64,000 bases of DNA. Origin: Escherichia phage SKA64. Shown one piece after another: positions 26,958 through 35,546 of this stretch. Each line of letters starts with the position of its first letter. Position 1 is the stretch's first letter. The notes under the pieces are model-generated. The model was not told where the DNA came from, ran no database searches, and was given only the letters and a program-made list of their open reading frames with translations. Location: sequence record OM362897.1. One strand, given 5' to 3'. Both the position numbers and the translations under genes were made by a program.

Positions 26958-26969
26958 TGCACACTACCT

Positions 26970-27200
26970 TTAATAGACAATGTTATATTCGTGAGGAAAG
27001 AAAACATAATCTTCCCCTTCTCGTGCATCTATCTCGTCCCAAAACCATTCCTGCACTTCCATCATCTTCGAGAATCGCACATGAGCAAGCCCACTGTATT
27101 CCACCGTAGCTTCCAGCACAAGTGGAAATTTTGCATGTGCCAATCCTTTATAACCACCATCATTCTCAATACGAATTTTCATGCGTTTCATATTATGCAT
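26970..27200 (-). CDS. paralog family B member
   Basis: MEVQEWFWDEIDAREGEDYVFF matches 23374..23595. Confidence 0.5.
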   Translation of the reverse strand: MHNMKRMKIRIENDGGYKGLAHAKFPLVLEATVEYSGLAHVRFSKMMEVQEWFWDEIDAREGEDYVFFPHEYNIVY

Positions 27201-27402
27201 CCTTCAAACCCTTAATAAAGTAACGACCAACCGGATTCCCTCGGAAGTATTCGTTAATGAAATCGATAACACACGTTTCACTGCCTGTCACAACGGACGG
27301 TGCGAAGTTTCGGAACTGCACGAGTACACGACTTGCGTTAGCAAGGGTGTGCACACGATCAGTGTTAGCTAAATACAAGGATACAGTTTTCATATTTGAC
27401 AT
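27193..27402 (-). CDS. hypothetical protein
   Basis: ORF track; GAGGAGA RBS. Confidence 0.45.
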   Translation of the reverse strand: MSNMKTVSLYLANTDRVHTLANASRVLVQFRNFAPSVVTGSETCVIDFINEYFRGNPVGRYFIKGLKDA

Positions 27403-27461
27403 TTCAATCTCCTCATTGGCTATCTGTTATGCGCGGTATGCAAACCACTATACAGACATTT

Positions 27462-27830
27462 TTATTCAATGCAAGCATTATTTGCATCTTCAATTCTGTC
27501 TTTCACCCATTGAAGACGTAACGTGTTGGTATGACACGCCAAGTTTATACACTCTGAAAGGTAATCCATGCAATCTGCATTGAACGGAAGATTGTAGTCC
27601 AGCCCTGCACATGTAAATTGTTTCCTCATTTCATATTTCAAGCGGTCCAACAAACTATCCCGCCATCTTCTATCTTCTTCTCTAGTTGTCTCACCAACAA
27701 AATCATTTACATAATCTACCAGACAACCACATAAGCCACTCGTTGTGCGATTCATTGCAGGATAGTTGGCAATCCATGCTTTATAGAAGCGAAGCAATGT
27801 TGCACTGCTCAACGGAATACTATTTGTCAT
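27462..27830 (-). CDS. paralog family A member
   Basis: FYKAWIANY...GLCGCL...PFN...LQWVKDRI. Confidence 0.55.
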   Translation of the reverse strand: MTNSIPLSSATLLRFYKAWIANYPAMNRTTSGLCGCLVDYVNDFVGETTREEDRRWRDSLLDRLKYEMRKQFTCAGLDYNLPFNADCMDYLSECINLACHTNTLRLQWVKDRIEDANNACIE

Positions 27831-28164
27831 TTTTCTCTCCTTCGTAATCTTGAATTCTATCTAGCACCCATTGTATACGATGTTTGTTTTTATGGCAAAT
27901 ATGTTTTTTATGTTCGAAGGTGTATTCTTCATAACCACCTTCATTAAACGGGAAATTGTAATCCAATCCTGCACCAATAAACTGTGATTTCATCTCCTGT
28001 TGTAGACGAGGTAACAGTTCATCAGGATATGTTCCCTCTACATACTTAATCAAACATATACACAAGCCACTCGTTGTGTGACCTTCTACCTCACCAGCAA
28101 GCCAAGCTTTGTAAAACTTCATTAGACGTAAACTACTCAACGGAACATTTTTACTCTCTTGCAT
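27820..28164 (-). CDS. paralog family A member
   Basis: FYKAWLAGE...GLCICL...FPFN...IQWVLDRI; adjacent to previous member. Confidence 0.55.
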   Translation of the reverse strand: MQESKNVPLSSLRLMKFYKAWLAGEVEGHTTSGLCICLIKYVEGTYPDELLPRLQQEMKSQFIGAGLDYNFPFNEGGYEEYTFEHKKHICHKNKHRIQWVLDRIQDYEGEKNDK

Positions 28165-28891
28165 GATAATCTCCTCTCATCGTTAGCCATCTTTCATGGC
28201 AATCATCAATCACCAACATCATACGATCAATCTTAGGGAATTACAATCGAATTATCATAGGGGATTCCTATCAATTATCCCATATATACCGATTATTTTT
28301 GACACCCCACTCTTGTATAAAAAGTAACCCAAAATATCTACGGGGAGAGATTATTTCGGGACACCCTGTTTCATGGCAATCATGGCAAGAATATCTAATA
28401 GAATCAATATCATATGGCAAAAATCATGGCGCATACGTAAGAAGTGCTTAACGCGAATTTTCGGGCCGTCAGGTCCACGCAGCGACAATTCCCAAATATC
28501 ATGAGAATGAGAATAATTATCATTCGTATTCAATGACTTATGCAAGGCTTATGCCAACGTAGCGACAAGGTGGGCCACTTGATTATAAATCACACAAACA
28601 CTTATTTATCAATGGTTTGGCAACCTCATCATATGACGGAACAATGTCAACTGATCCCGCTCATGACAAGCAGACTATTATTTATATGAGAATGATTATT
28701 ATTTAAACGTTTATTAGCATAAAAACTAAAATAAATCAAGAATTTTCTGATTTTATTTACGTTTAAGAGAAGATGCTCAACATATCGCTACGCGATAGTA
28801 TTCGCCCCCGAAAGATTAGCCTTTATTTTCTTGTATGTTTATACGCTATGTGCACACTATGCAACCTGTCGCTATTCGCTCATGTTGCTAC

Positions 28892-29167
28892 GTGCTAATA
28901 CTTCACCGTGCTAATGATCTTTGAGCGATAGCGATTATTTCATCTTGTAATTACCACAATGATTATTGTTATTGCGCTAATGTTATGATCTTGGTAATTA
29001 CATATAATGCTAATAATAAGCCAGCGCAATAAGTGTAAGCGTATTACGCTTGCAATTATTGCAAGCTACGCAGTAACAAGAAATAACCATCACCGATGGT
29101 TATGATTGTTGGGGTGTAGTTGGCTTATTATTAGCTCGCTATGTGTCCGGCATAGCGTGCTAATGAT
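28892..29167. repeat. iteron-like direct repeats (C)GTGCTAATGAT plus palindromes
   Basis: GTGCTAAT-type copies at about 28892, 28908, 28974, 29008, 29157; palindromes AAGCGTAtTACGCTT (about 29037-29051), TTGCAATtATTGCAA (29050-29064), AACCATCaccGATGGTT (29085-29101). Confidence 0.5.
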
Positions 29168-29684
29168 GACTCTGTGAATGATTCGTTTTGTAATGATTTC
29201 ATTTAGTCACTATTATGGCAATAGTTATTATTTTAATGGTTTCGTTTGTTATTGTTCGTTAGTTGGTTGTTTTGTCGTGTTATCGTTATCTTGCTTAGTA
29301 TTCATCATGGTTTGATTGTTTGTTGTTATCAATCATCTTGCTATTATTCCTTTGATTATGATTAGTTTGCTTATTGTTTTATGTTGTTTGTTGGTTAGTT
29401 GTTGCGAACTATTATCAACATTATAGTTATGCACTTATATTGCATAGATAAACATGGATAGATGATAATGGTTATCATTGCACTAGAAAGGAGGTAAAAG
29501 GGTGTTTTTGATGGTTTGTTGTTGGTTGTTGATCGATTTTAACCGCTTTAAATGGCTCTCTAACAGCCTGTTACCCTGGGAGGTATGGTTATTCATTTAA
29601 TGGTTGATTAGCTCGATACCGCGATCTATTCAGTTTTGTTCTGTGTCGGTTTTTCATAGGCGGAATCTATCAACATTATTCAGG

Positions 29685-29720
29685 CAAAAAGAAAGGGCGC
29701 TTAGTGCGCCCCTTGTTTTG
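29685..29720. terminator. bidirectional terminator
   Basis: GGGCGCttagtGCGCCC hairpin flanked by A-run and T-run; same hairpin recurs at about 30260 and 36052. Confidence 0.6.
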
Positions 29721-29727
29721 TTGTCAA

Positions 29728-30147
29728 TTATAACGCTTCATAGATTGAGTAGATCCGGTTCGCCAGGTCATTACGAAAGCGGAATTTTTCATCACGTTTA
29801 ATCATCAGATCCTTAAAACCGCATTCTTTCAAGGCTTCATTAACTTTACTGCGGCATACTTTCATATTGTCCTGCGCGTCACCAATAAACTTATTGCTAT
29901 GATGCATTGCTTTGATCTCTTCCTCTAATACCAGGGCAACTACACGGACCGGATCAAGCTGATATGCGGTAACATCCATGCGGCATTGTAAACGGCTTTT
30001 AACATCGTTTACCGGATATACTGCAACCTCTTCCCCGTCAACGTTCACGATAACCAATTTACCATCGATTTCGAAGCCTTTGGCGGCGCTACCGTGACAA
30101 AAAGCGTTATCGAAGGAGTAAGCTGGATTATTTGATTTAATGTTCAT
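29728..30147 (-). CDS. hypothetical protein
   Basis: ORF track; AAGGACAACATC RBS. Confidence 0.55.
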   Translation of the reverse strand: MNIKSNNPAYSFDNAFCHGSAAKGFEIDGKLVIVNVDGEEVAVYPVNDVKSRLQCRMDVTAYQLDPVRVVALVLEEEIKAMHHSNKFIGDAQDNMKVCRSKVNEALKECGFKDLMIKRDEKFRFRNDLANRIYSIYEAL

Positions 30148-30287
30148 GATGTTGTCCTTTGTTTCGTTTCGTTGTTTGCTGCCAGTGAGTTAAATATAAT
30201 ATAACGCCGATCCCCTGTCAATAGGGGATAGCGCATTATTTACATTTCTTTACGTTAAAGGGCGCTTAGTGCGCCCCTTGTATAATC

Positions 30288-30656
30288 TTACTTTGTGCGG
30301 TTGTGAACGTTATCGCGTTCAACCATCAAGGCAAGGCGGATCAGTTGATCAGTTGTATCGCGTAAATTGTCGGGCCATGTTTTACTGTTCCAGCTATCCA
30401 TGTTTGATTGTATATAGGTTTCAATGGCTTGATCCATATTATCAAACAAGTTTTCCTCCAGGCTCTCGGCTGTTTCACACTGGAAAGCATTAGCGACACT
30501 ATTAATCAATAAGCAAGCCAGTAAATCAGCATTACGCCAATTTTTACGGATAGTTTCATCTTCCAGATAAGCTACCAAATTAATATTTGCGCCAGTGGTT
30601 GACGTTGCGATCACTTCTTGCGCTTTTTCAACTGCTTTAATTGCCGATTTGCTCAT
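30288..30656 (-). CDS. hypothetical protein
   Basis: internal ATG (MSKSAIKAV) after AAAGAGGAAAAG; track N-terminal extension runs through the promoter hairpin. Confidence 0.55.
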   Translation of the reverse strand: MSKSAIKAVEKAQEVIATSTTGANINLVAYLEDETIRKNWRNADLLACLLINSVANAFQCETAESLEENLFDNMDQAIETYIQSNMDSWNSKTWPDNLRDTTDQLIRLALMVERDNVHNRTK

Positions 30657-30673
30657 CTTCTTTTCCTCTTTGT

Positions 30674-30734
30674 GGGCTTGCTGTATTGCTCGCCCTACGT
30701 GATAAATAATAATAGAAAGGTGATCCGGTGTCAA
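30674..30734 (-). promoter_or_regulatory. promoter + leader hairpin cassette (variant)
   Basis: minus strand TTGACA...TATTAT-like -10, CACGTAGGGCG then weaker hairpin; upstream of 30288..30656. Confidence 0.45.
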
Positions 30735-30864
30735 TAGGTAGAATTGTAAAGATTCGATAGTTTATCTCTTTGATGTTTTGTTGTTTGATAGGTGTTAGCT
30801 ATCAATATATAGCGGGGTCGTCCGGTGATTACCTCCCCCGTTGCCAGTGCCGCCCGTTGAATAA

Positions 30865-30905
30865 GCATAACAAAAAACAGGACAAAAGCAAGCCCTGTTT
30901 TTGTA
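30865..30905 (-). terminator. rho-independent terminator (minus strand)
   Basis: aaacagg...cctgttt hairpin with U-run on minus strand after gene ending 30910. Confidence 0.45.
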
Positions 30906-30909
30906 AAGA

Positions 30910-31113
30910 TTAGATGATTTGCATATCCTCCACGATAATTTCTAATTTCCAAACAAGATGATCTAAGCTCCCTGATAAAAATGATTCCGATACATAACCG
31001 CCATCGGACACCGTAGCAAGGATCTCGCCATTTGCTTGCTCTTTGATTTGAACATCCAGGCGGTTAGCCTTTGCTTTGTTCAGGACGGCGATCAGGCGGT
31101 TAGCTGTAGTCAT
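30910..31113 (-). CDS. hypothetical protein
   Basis: ORF track; GGAAGGA RBS. Confidence 0.55.
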   Translation of the reverse strand: MTTANRLIAVLNKAKANRLDVQIKEQANGEILATVSDGGYVSESFLSGSLDHLVWKLEIIVEDMQII

Positions 31114-31135
31114 GGTGTTTTCCTTCCAGTTGTGA

Positions 31136-31191
31136 GCGGCACCATTGCCGCCCTACGTGATACATCTTACACTATCAGATACATTGTGCAA
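31136..31191 (-). promoter_or_regulatory. promoter + leader hairpin cassette
   Basis: minus strand TTGCAC, 16-17 bp, TAAGAT, then GTAGGG + hairpin gcggcaccattgccgc. Confidence 0.5.
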
Positions 31192-31197
31192 GCTATT

Positions 31198-31389
31198 TTA
31201 GATCTCGTCACCTATATAATCAGATCTGTTCTTCTCTGTCATACGTTTAAACAATTCTTGCATATGGCTGATAGCTTGCAATGTGTCTTCTTCCAGGCTT
31301 GAATCGAGATAATCAGGATCATTCTTTACCTTGCTATGGTTGTGATACCGCAACGCTGCTAATACCTTTCTAACTTGTTCTGCATTCAT
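31198..31389 (-). CDS. hypothetical protein
   Basis: ORF track; AAGGAG RBS. Confidence 0.55.
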   Translation of the reverse strand: MNAEQVRKVLAALRYHNHSKVKNDPDYLDSSLEEDTLQAISHMQELFKRMTEKNRSDYIGDEI

Positions 31390-31401
31390 TTTTATTACTC
31401 C

Positions 31402-31536
31402 TTAAAACCAGGTGCCAACCGTTTCCAATAGGTCACTGACTACCAGAACAACATTGATTAGCACATATTTAATCAGGAAGGGGATAAGCGCCAGCGTCGC
31501 TACTATGATCCCCATTGTGATGATTACCTTTCTCAT
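31402..31536 (-). CDS. 44 aa membrane peptide (not in ORF track)
   Basis: ATG 2 nt after upstream stop; MRKVIITMGIIVATLALIPFLIKYVLINVVLVV... Confidence 0.4.
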   Translation of the reverse strand: MRKVIITMGIIVATLALIPFLIKYVLINVVLVVSDLLETVGTWF

Positions 31537-31538
31537 CG

Positions 31539-31823
31539 TTAGCGGTTTACGTAAGCTTTACCGTTTACGGTCATCGGTATGGCTTCAAGGTCTGGATCTT
31601 CCTTAAGGTCGCGTGCAAGCTCACCGCACCGGACACCCTCGAATCCGTGGTATTCTGTTTCCCCGTCCTTAAAAGTTTTAGCGGCAAGGCATAGGCGATA
31701 ATTAACACCGATCCGGTTTACTGCGTTGATATCGGTTAACGTGATCGATTCCGGCAAATCGTTAGCCATGACAGGCGCGTTAATACCAACAACCAGGGCA
31801 ACTACTGCGATCATCTTTTTCAT
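31539..31823 (-). CDS. secreted protein with Sec signal peptide
   Basis: MKKMIAVVALVVGINAPVMA-ND; GAAGAGGA RBS. Confidence 0.55.
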   Translation of the reverse strand: MKKMIAVVALVVGINAPVMANDLPESITLTDINAVNRIGVNYRLCLAAKTFKDGETEYHGFEGVRCGELARDLKEDPDLEAIPMTVNGKAYVNR

Positions 31824-31858
31824 GTGTCTATCCTCTTCCTATTGCGTTTAATGGGGCG

Positions 31859-32095
31859 TTATTGATTGATGTTATGATGAAAGTTATTTTCTTCAACGGC
31901 TTTTAAAATAAAGGCTGTTACCGCTTTCGTGTCTACTTGTTCGAACGTATCAGAATAAGCCCAATAATGATCATCCCCTACTTTCGGCGGGTAAACCTGG
32001 ACAAGGAGATCGCCACCTGGTTGATCTATAAGCTCAACATGCAAGCCGGATGATTCGGCGGTTTTAACGGCGGTTAATACTGTTGCAATACTCAT
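31859..32095 (-). CDS. hypothetical protein
   Basis: ORF track. Confidence 0.5.
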   Translation of the reverse strand: MSIATVLTAVKTAESSGLHVELIDQPGGDLLVQVYPPKVGDDHYWAYSDTFEQVDTKAVTAFILKAVEENNFHHNINQ

Positions 32096-32140
32096 AATCT
32101 TTTCCCTTCCTGATGTGGGGCGTTGCCGCCCCTTTGTTGA

Positions 32141-32440
32141 TTAGATCGCTGTTTCCAGTAGTTCGGCTAACGTCTTACCGCCTGATAGTTGGTCTAACGT
32201 TTGCTCTTCTGGCAAGAAATTAGCGGATATTAAACCGACCTGGTTCCCTTTGTGCCAGTTAGCCTGACGGGTGATTCCATCCTTCAAGGATTTTACCGCC
32301 ATTGTGCAACCATCGCCAAATGATTCATTTTTATGGTCCATCACTTCATAAGCGCCCAGCTTGCTGCTGTTAGGCACCATTAACGCAAATACATCACCAA
32401 CAACCAGTTTTTCTACGGTAACAATAGCGATAGTTTCCAT
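32141..32440 (-). CDS. hypothetical protein
   Basis: ORF track; GAGGAAAA RBS. Confidence 0.55.
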   Translation of the reverse strand: METIAIVTVEKLVVGDVFALMVPNSSKLGAYEVMDHKNESFGDGCTMAVKSLKDGITRQANWHKGNQVGLISANFLPEEQTLDQLSGGKTLAELLETAI

Positions 32441-32459
32441 TTTGTTTTCCTCATTATCG

Positions 32460-32515
32460 GCGGCACCATTGCCGCCCTACGCATTAAATATAAATTATCT
32501 AAGAGATTAGATCAA
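32460..32515 (-). promoter_or_regulatory. promoter + leader hairpin cassette
   Basis: minus strand TTGATC ... TATTTA ... GCGTAGGG + gcggcaccattgccgc. Confidence 0.45.
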
Positions 32516-32518
32516 GGA

Positions 32519-32710
32519 TTATTTTGTAAAGATTACAGCTTCATCAAAATTTTCAACATAGTAAGCAAGTTTTTCATTTGCTGCAACCAGTTGTAAAAGT
32601 TGGTCGTAAGATAATCCATTGATCCCCTCTTCGTTGTTTAAAGCCTCGATGATTTCATCAACGGGCGCAAAAAACATGTTATTCGATTCCAGGTAGGTGA
32701 TAGTTTTCAT
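32519..32710 (-). CDS. hypothetical protein
   Basis: ORF track; AAAAGGTAAAAC RBS. Confidence 0.55.
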   Translation of the reverse strand: MKTITYLESNNMFFAPVDEIIEALNNEEGINGLSYDQLLQLVAANEKLAYYVENFDEAVIFTK

Positions 32711-32732
32711 AATGTTTTACCTTTTTCGGGGA

Positions 32733-32788
32733 GCGGCACCATTGCCGCCCTACGTGGTAAATATTAGCACACTGGCGATCTGTGTCAA
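32733..32788 (-). promoter_or_regulatory. promoter + leader hairpin cassette
   Basis: minus strand TTGACA, 16 bp, TAATAT, TTACCACGTAGGG + gcggcaccattgccgc. Confidence 0.55.
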
Positions 32789-32794
32789 TACTTT

Positions 32795-33181
32795 TTATTC
32801 AATATAAATCAAATTATCTTCACCAATGTAAGCCGACACGTTCGGCATAAACTTAGCTGCATTGGTTAGGCGGTTCGCCGTGTTAGTGGTGTATATTTCA
32901 GGGCGATCCCAAAAGCCTACGCCGTGACCGTTACGGGTAAAATGTAAATCATTCCCGATCTGGTTGGCTGTTGCGCCGTCGCTCATTGCCTCAGAGATAG
33001 CGGCAAGATTAGCATTAATAAAGGCTGTTACATCCTGGGCGATCCGTTCGTCCGCGCTAGGAGAAAAATCATAATCGTCTAAGTTATCAATAAAATTACC
33101 TTCATGATCCCTTGCTGATTCAGCAAAAATAAAGGCTTCTTTATAGCCGTTGATGATTTCAATAATGATTTCTGTTTTCAT
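32795..33181 (-). CDS. hypothetical protein
   Basis: ORF track; AAGAGAGA RBS. Confidence 0.55.
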   Translation of the reverse strand: MKTEIIIEIINGYKEAFIFAESARDHEGNFIDNLDDYDFSPSADERIAQDVTAFINANLAAISEAMSDGATANQIGNDLHFTRNGHGVGFWDRPEIYTTNTANRLTNAAKFMPNVSAYIGEDNLIYIE

Positions 33182-33195
33182 GTTGTGTCTCTCTT

Positions 33196-33300
33196 TTAGC
33201 CGATACCGTGGGAAGATAGGATCATGTTAGCCATAGTTGCAACCACTCCAACCGATAACGCCAGGCCCACTACTACGACCGTGAAAATTTTCTCTAACAT
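33196..33300 (-). CDS. 34 aa hydrophobic peptide (not in ORF track)
   Basis: MLEKIFTVVVVGLALSVGVVATMANMILSSHGIG between hairpin cassette and next gene. Confidence 0.4.
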   Translation of the reverse strand: MLEKIFTVVVVGLALSVGVVATMANMILSSHGIG

Positions 33301-33318
33301 GATTCTACCCTCATTAAT

Positions 33319-33380
33319 GGGCGTTGCCTTATTGCCCCGCCCTACGAAATACATTCTACCCGATTTATAATTGTTGTCAA
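33319..33380 (-). promoter_or_regulatory. promoter + leader hairpin cassette (variant stem)
   Basis: minus strand TTGACA ... TCGTAGGGCGGGG ... GC stem. Confidence 0.45.
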
Positions 33381-33381
33381 A

Positions 33382-33651
33382 TTATTTTTTCAAGCTTGAC
33401 CACTCAAAACACGGGGCGATCTCGTTAAAACTTGTGCCCTGTAAAGCACATAATTTTTTAGCAATAGCCGCCGTGACCTGGCGCTGTACGCGCGGATCTG
33501 CTACTGATTGGAGAAAGTAGGCGGCTTTATATGTGATCATGCTTTCACCTGTTTCCTTGTTAACATGATGCACTATTTTAGCCTTATCATCTTTTACCAG
33601 GATGTAACCGGATTCGATGGCCTTGATTGCAACGTCTAATGATATTTTCAT
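33382..33651 (-). CDS. hypothetical protein
   Basis: ORF track; intergenic hairpin ggcgggggagtattccccgcc upstream without promoter. Confidence 0.55.
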   Translation of the reverse strand: MKISLDVAIKAIESGYILVKDDKAKIVHHVNKETGESMITYKAAYFLQSVADPRVQRQVTAAIAKKLCALQGTSFNEIAPCFEWSSLKK

Positions 33652-33698
33652 GATTTACCTCTTTATTGACGGCGGGGAATACTCCCCCGCCTCATTAA

Positions 33699-33869
33699 TT
33701 ATTCTTCATCGTCGCCGTTATAGTATTCAATGCCATTTTCATCGGTTACGGTGATGTTAACGCCACCGATAGCAACACGATCACGGGCAAACGTCATAGC
33801 TTCATTTAAATCTTCAGACCAAAAAATATTGTGACCTTTGCGCGATACATAAAACATAGTCGGGATCAT
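33699..33869 (-). CDS. hypothetical protein (56 aa)
   Basis: internal ATG (MIPTMFY) after AGAAGAGAAAC; track extension covers hairpin. Confidence 0.5.
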   Translation of the reverse strand: MIPTMFYVSRKGHNIFWSEDLNEAMTFARDRVAIGGVNITVTDENGIEYYNGDDEE

Positions 33870-33890
33870 GATTTGTTTCTCTTCTGTTGT

Positions 33891-33953
33891 GAGCGGTGGA
33901 CCATTCCGCCGCTCTATGTAATAAACTTTACTACGTTGTTTGCCTACTGTCAA
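33891..33953 (-). promoter_or_regulatory. promoter + leader hairpin cassette
   Basis: minus strand TTGACA, 17 bp, TAAAGT, ACATAGAGCGG + gagcggtggaccattccgccgctc. Confidence 0.5.
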
Positions 33954-33954
33954 A

Positions 33955-34239
33955 TTATTTTTTAATGTTTTGCCCTACAAAATTGATCACTTCCTTAAGC
34001 TGTCTCTCTGTCATGATCGTACCTGGTAACTCTTCTTTAATTTCTTCTGGTAAATAGATATTACCGCGCCAGGTTAACAAACAACCGTTTTGATCTTCGC
34101 AGATAGAATAAGAAAACATCCACTCGCAATCATTCTCAAGCTCCCAAAAACACAAAAAGTCTTCTTTCCCTAAGTTTTCAACGGTTAAGCATAATCCGCG
34201 ACGTGCTGCATAATTAGTTAGGCTTTTTGTAATTTTCAT
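33955..34239 (-). CDS. hypothetical protein
   Basis: internal ATG (MKITKSL) after AAGAGAGAAAAATC. Confidence 0.55.
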   Translation of the reverse strand: MKITKSLTNYAARRGLCLTVENLGKEDFLCFWELENDCEWMFSYSICEDQNGCLLTWRGNIYLPEEIKEELPGTIMTERQLKEVINFVGQNIKK

Positions 34240-34260
34240 GATTTTTCTCTCTTCTTGTGA

Positions 34261-34316
34261 GCGGCACCATTGCCGCCCTACAAGATACATATTATCAGAC
34301 TACGCGGACTTGTCAA
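34261..34316 (-). promoter_or_regulatory. promoter + leader hairpin cassette
   Basis: minus strand TTGACA, 16 bp, TAATAT, CTTGTAGGG + gcggcaccattgccgc. Confidence 0.55.
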
Positions 34317-34317
34317 A

Positions 34318-34428
34318 CTATTTTTTCTTTTTCTTTGCTTCCAACCGTCTAAGGTTACGGCTTGACTTATTGCGCAAGGCGCTTAGATCGTCGTACCCTT
34401 TCCATGCTTGCATATCTTTCGGATTCAT
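34318..34428 (-). CDS. 36 aa basic small protein
   Basis: internal ATG of track ORF 34318..34590 after GGGGGATAAC; MNPKDMQAWKGYDDLSALRNKSSRNLRRLEAKKKKK. Confidence 0.4.
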   Translation of the reverse strand: MNPKDMQAWKGYDDLSALRNKSSRNLRRLEAKKKKK

Positions 34429-34438
34429 GTTATCCCCC

Positions 34439-34717
34439 TTAACGATTATAAACATTATGGATGGCTTCAAAGGCAAGATGACCATAAGCCGCCAAATCGG
34501 GATTGATCCAAGCGTTATCCAACATCGTTTCAAGGACTGTGGAATCATCGTATAAAGCATCATAGAAATCTGCACGGATGATCGTTTCAATGTCGTCCGG
34601 TGTTAGTTTGTCGTTCAACTTGCACACTGTTTCAACGTCAACACCAATTTTCCAATTTTGTAAATTAGTGGTTAACATTGTTTTCATTTCTTCGGTTGTT
34701 AATTTAACGATGGTCAT
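34439..34717 (-). CDS. hypothetical protein
   Basis: ORF track; AGAAGAGAGAAAAAATC RBS. Confidence 0.55.
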   Translation of the reverse strand: MTIVKLTTEEMKTMLTTNLQNWKIGVDVETVCKLNDKLTPDDIETIIRADFYDALYDDSTVLETMLDNAWINPDLAAYGHLAFEAIHNVYNR

Positions 34718-34738
34718 GATTTTTTCTCTCTTCTGTTA

Positions 34739-34796
34739 GGCGGGGCGCTTGTCGCCCCTATGTGATACATCTTATCAGGTTGATTCAGCTTGTCAA
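34739..34796 (-). promoter_or_regulatory. promoter + leader hairpin cassette
   Basis: minus strand TTGACA, 16 bp, TAAGAT, CACATAGGGG + ggcggggcgcttgtcgcccc. Confidence 0.55.
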
Positions 34797-34797
34797 A

Positions 34798-34959
34798 CTA
34801 TTTGTTAGCCGGATTATATGCCAGGACCGCGCCGCTTGCTTTCACACTTTCCGCTTCATAGTTGCGCAGATCGTTTTCTGTAAGATTGAGCGCGATCACT
34901 TCCTCGACTTCAACGCCAGCGACAAGGGCGATCTCTTTGATAATGTCTGTTATTTTCAT
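34798..34959 (-). CDS. hypothetical protein (53 aa)
   Basis: internal ATG (MKITDII) after TAAGGTG. Confidence 0.5.
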   Translation of the reverse strand: MKITDIIKEIALVAGVEVEEVIALNLTENDLRNYEAESVKASGAVLAYNPANK

Positions 34960-34969
34960 GGTGTGCACC

Positions 34970-35089
34970 TTATAAGATGATTGATAAGATAGTGACAACG
35001 AAAGCGATTATACTGATGGCAAATGTCATCTTTTTACCTTCGGATACTGCCGGATTCTCTACCGTGTATTCTACTGTGTACTTGCTCAT
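34970..35089 (-). CDS. 39 aa membrane peptide (not in ORF track)
   Basis: ATG after GAGAGGA; MSKYTVEYTVENPAVSEGKKMTFAISIIAFVVTILSIIL. Confidence 0.4.
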   Translation of the reverse strand: MSKYTVEYTVENPAVSEGKKMTFAISIIAFVVTILSIIL

Positions 35090-35112
35090 CGTGTAATCCT
35101 CTCGTTTGCTTT

Positions 35113-35169
35113 GGGAACTATTCCCGCCGCCCTATGAATTAAATATACACTATCTCAAAATGATTGCAA
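35113..35169 (-). promoter_or_regulatory. promoter + leader hairpin cassette
   Basis: minus strand TTGCAA, 17 bp, TATATT, TCATAGGGCGGCGGG + gggaactattccc. Confidence 0.5.
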
Positions 35170-35186
35170 GCCTTTTTCTAAATTAT

Positions 35187-35471
35187 TTATGCAGTAAACA
35201 AACCATCATTTACAACGGCGGCGATGATCTCCCGTGCCATTGATTCAGGGAAAGGGGCGCTATAGTCCTGGCTTGTCTCATCGGTATCAGTGATCCAATG
35301 ATAAGCTAACGAGTAAAAGCCTTTACTAACTGTTTTCAGTGAGATGATGATCACTCGGTCAAGCTTATTGGTGAATGTTGCCGTTAATGTGTTACCATCC
35401 TGCGTCATGTTGGACAAGTAAGCGGGATCATTAATCAGGGAAAACATTAGCACGGTGTTAGCTTTACTCAT
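35187..35471 (-). CDS. hypothetical protein
   Basis: internal ATG (MSKANTV) after TTGAGGA. Confidence 0.55.
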   Translation of the reverse strand: MSKANTVLMFSLINDPAYLSNMTQDGNTLTATFTNKLDRVIIISLKTVSKGFYSLAYHWITDTDETSQDYSAPFPESMAREIIAAVVNDGLFTA

Positions 35472-35492
35472 GATTGCATCCTCAAAGGGGCG

Positions 35493-35546
35493 CGGCACCA
35501 TTGCCGCCCTACACGATAACTATAACACAATATAAAACAGGATCAA
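35493..35546 (-). promoter_or_regulatory. promoter + leader hairpin cassette
   Basis: minus strand TTGATC ... TATAGT ... GTGTAGGG + gcggcaccattgccgc. Confidence 0.45.

Larger units (their letters stand above)
28165..29727. other. about 1.56 kb non-coding, repeat-rich locus
   Basis: no credible ORF; CATGGCAA repeats, ATGAGAATGAttat motifs, GTGCTAATGAT iterons, adjacent palindromes, T+G-rich C-depleted tract. Confidence 0.6.

Noticed and set aside
28188-28400. Possible sigma54-type promoter in the CATGGCAA repeats
   Set aside because: Spacing between the GG and GC elements does not fit the -24/-12 consensus.
28351-28545. ORFs 28351..28545 and 29604..29801 inside the large non-coding locus
   Set aside because: No RBS, they overlap repeats and terminator hairpins, and their composition is atypical; treated as non-coding.
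28860-29170. CRISPR array
   Set aside because: The repeats are short, irregularly spaced and degenerate, with no uniform spacers and no cas genes.
30731-30952. Track ORF 30731..30952
   Set aside because: It runs through a terminator hairpin and the adjacent promoter cassette and has no RBS.
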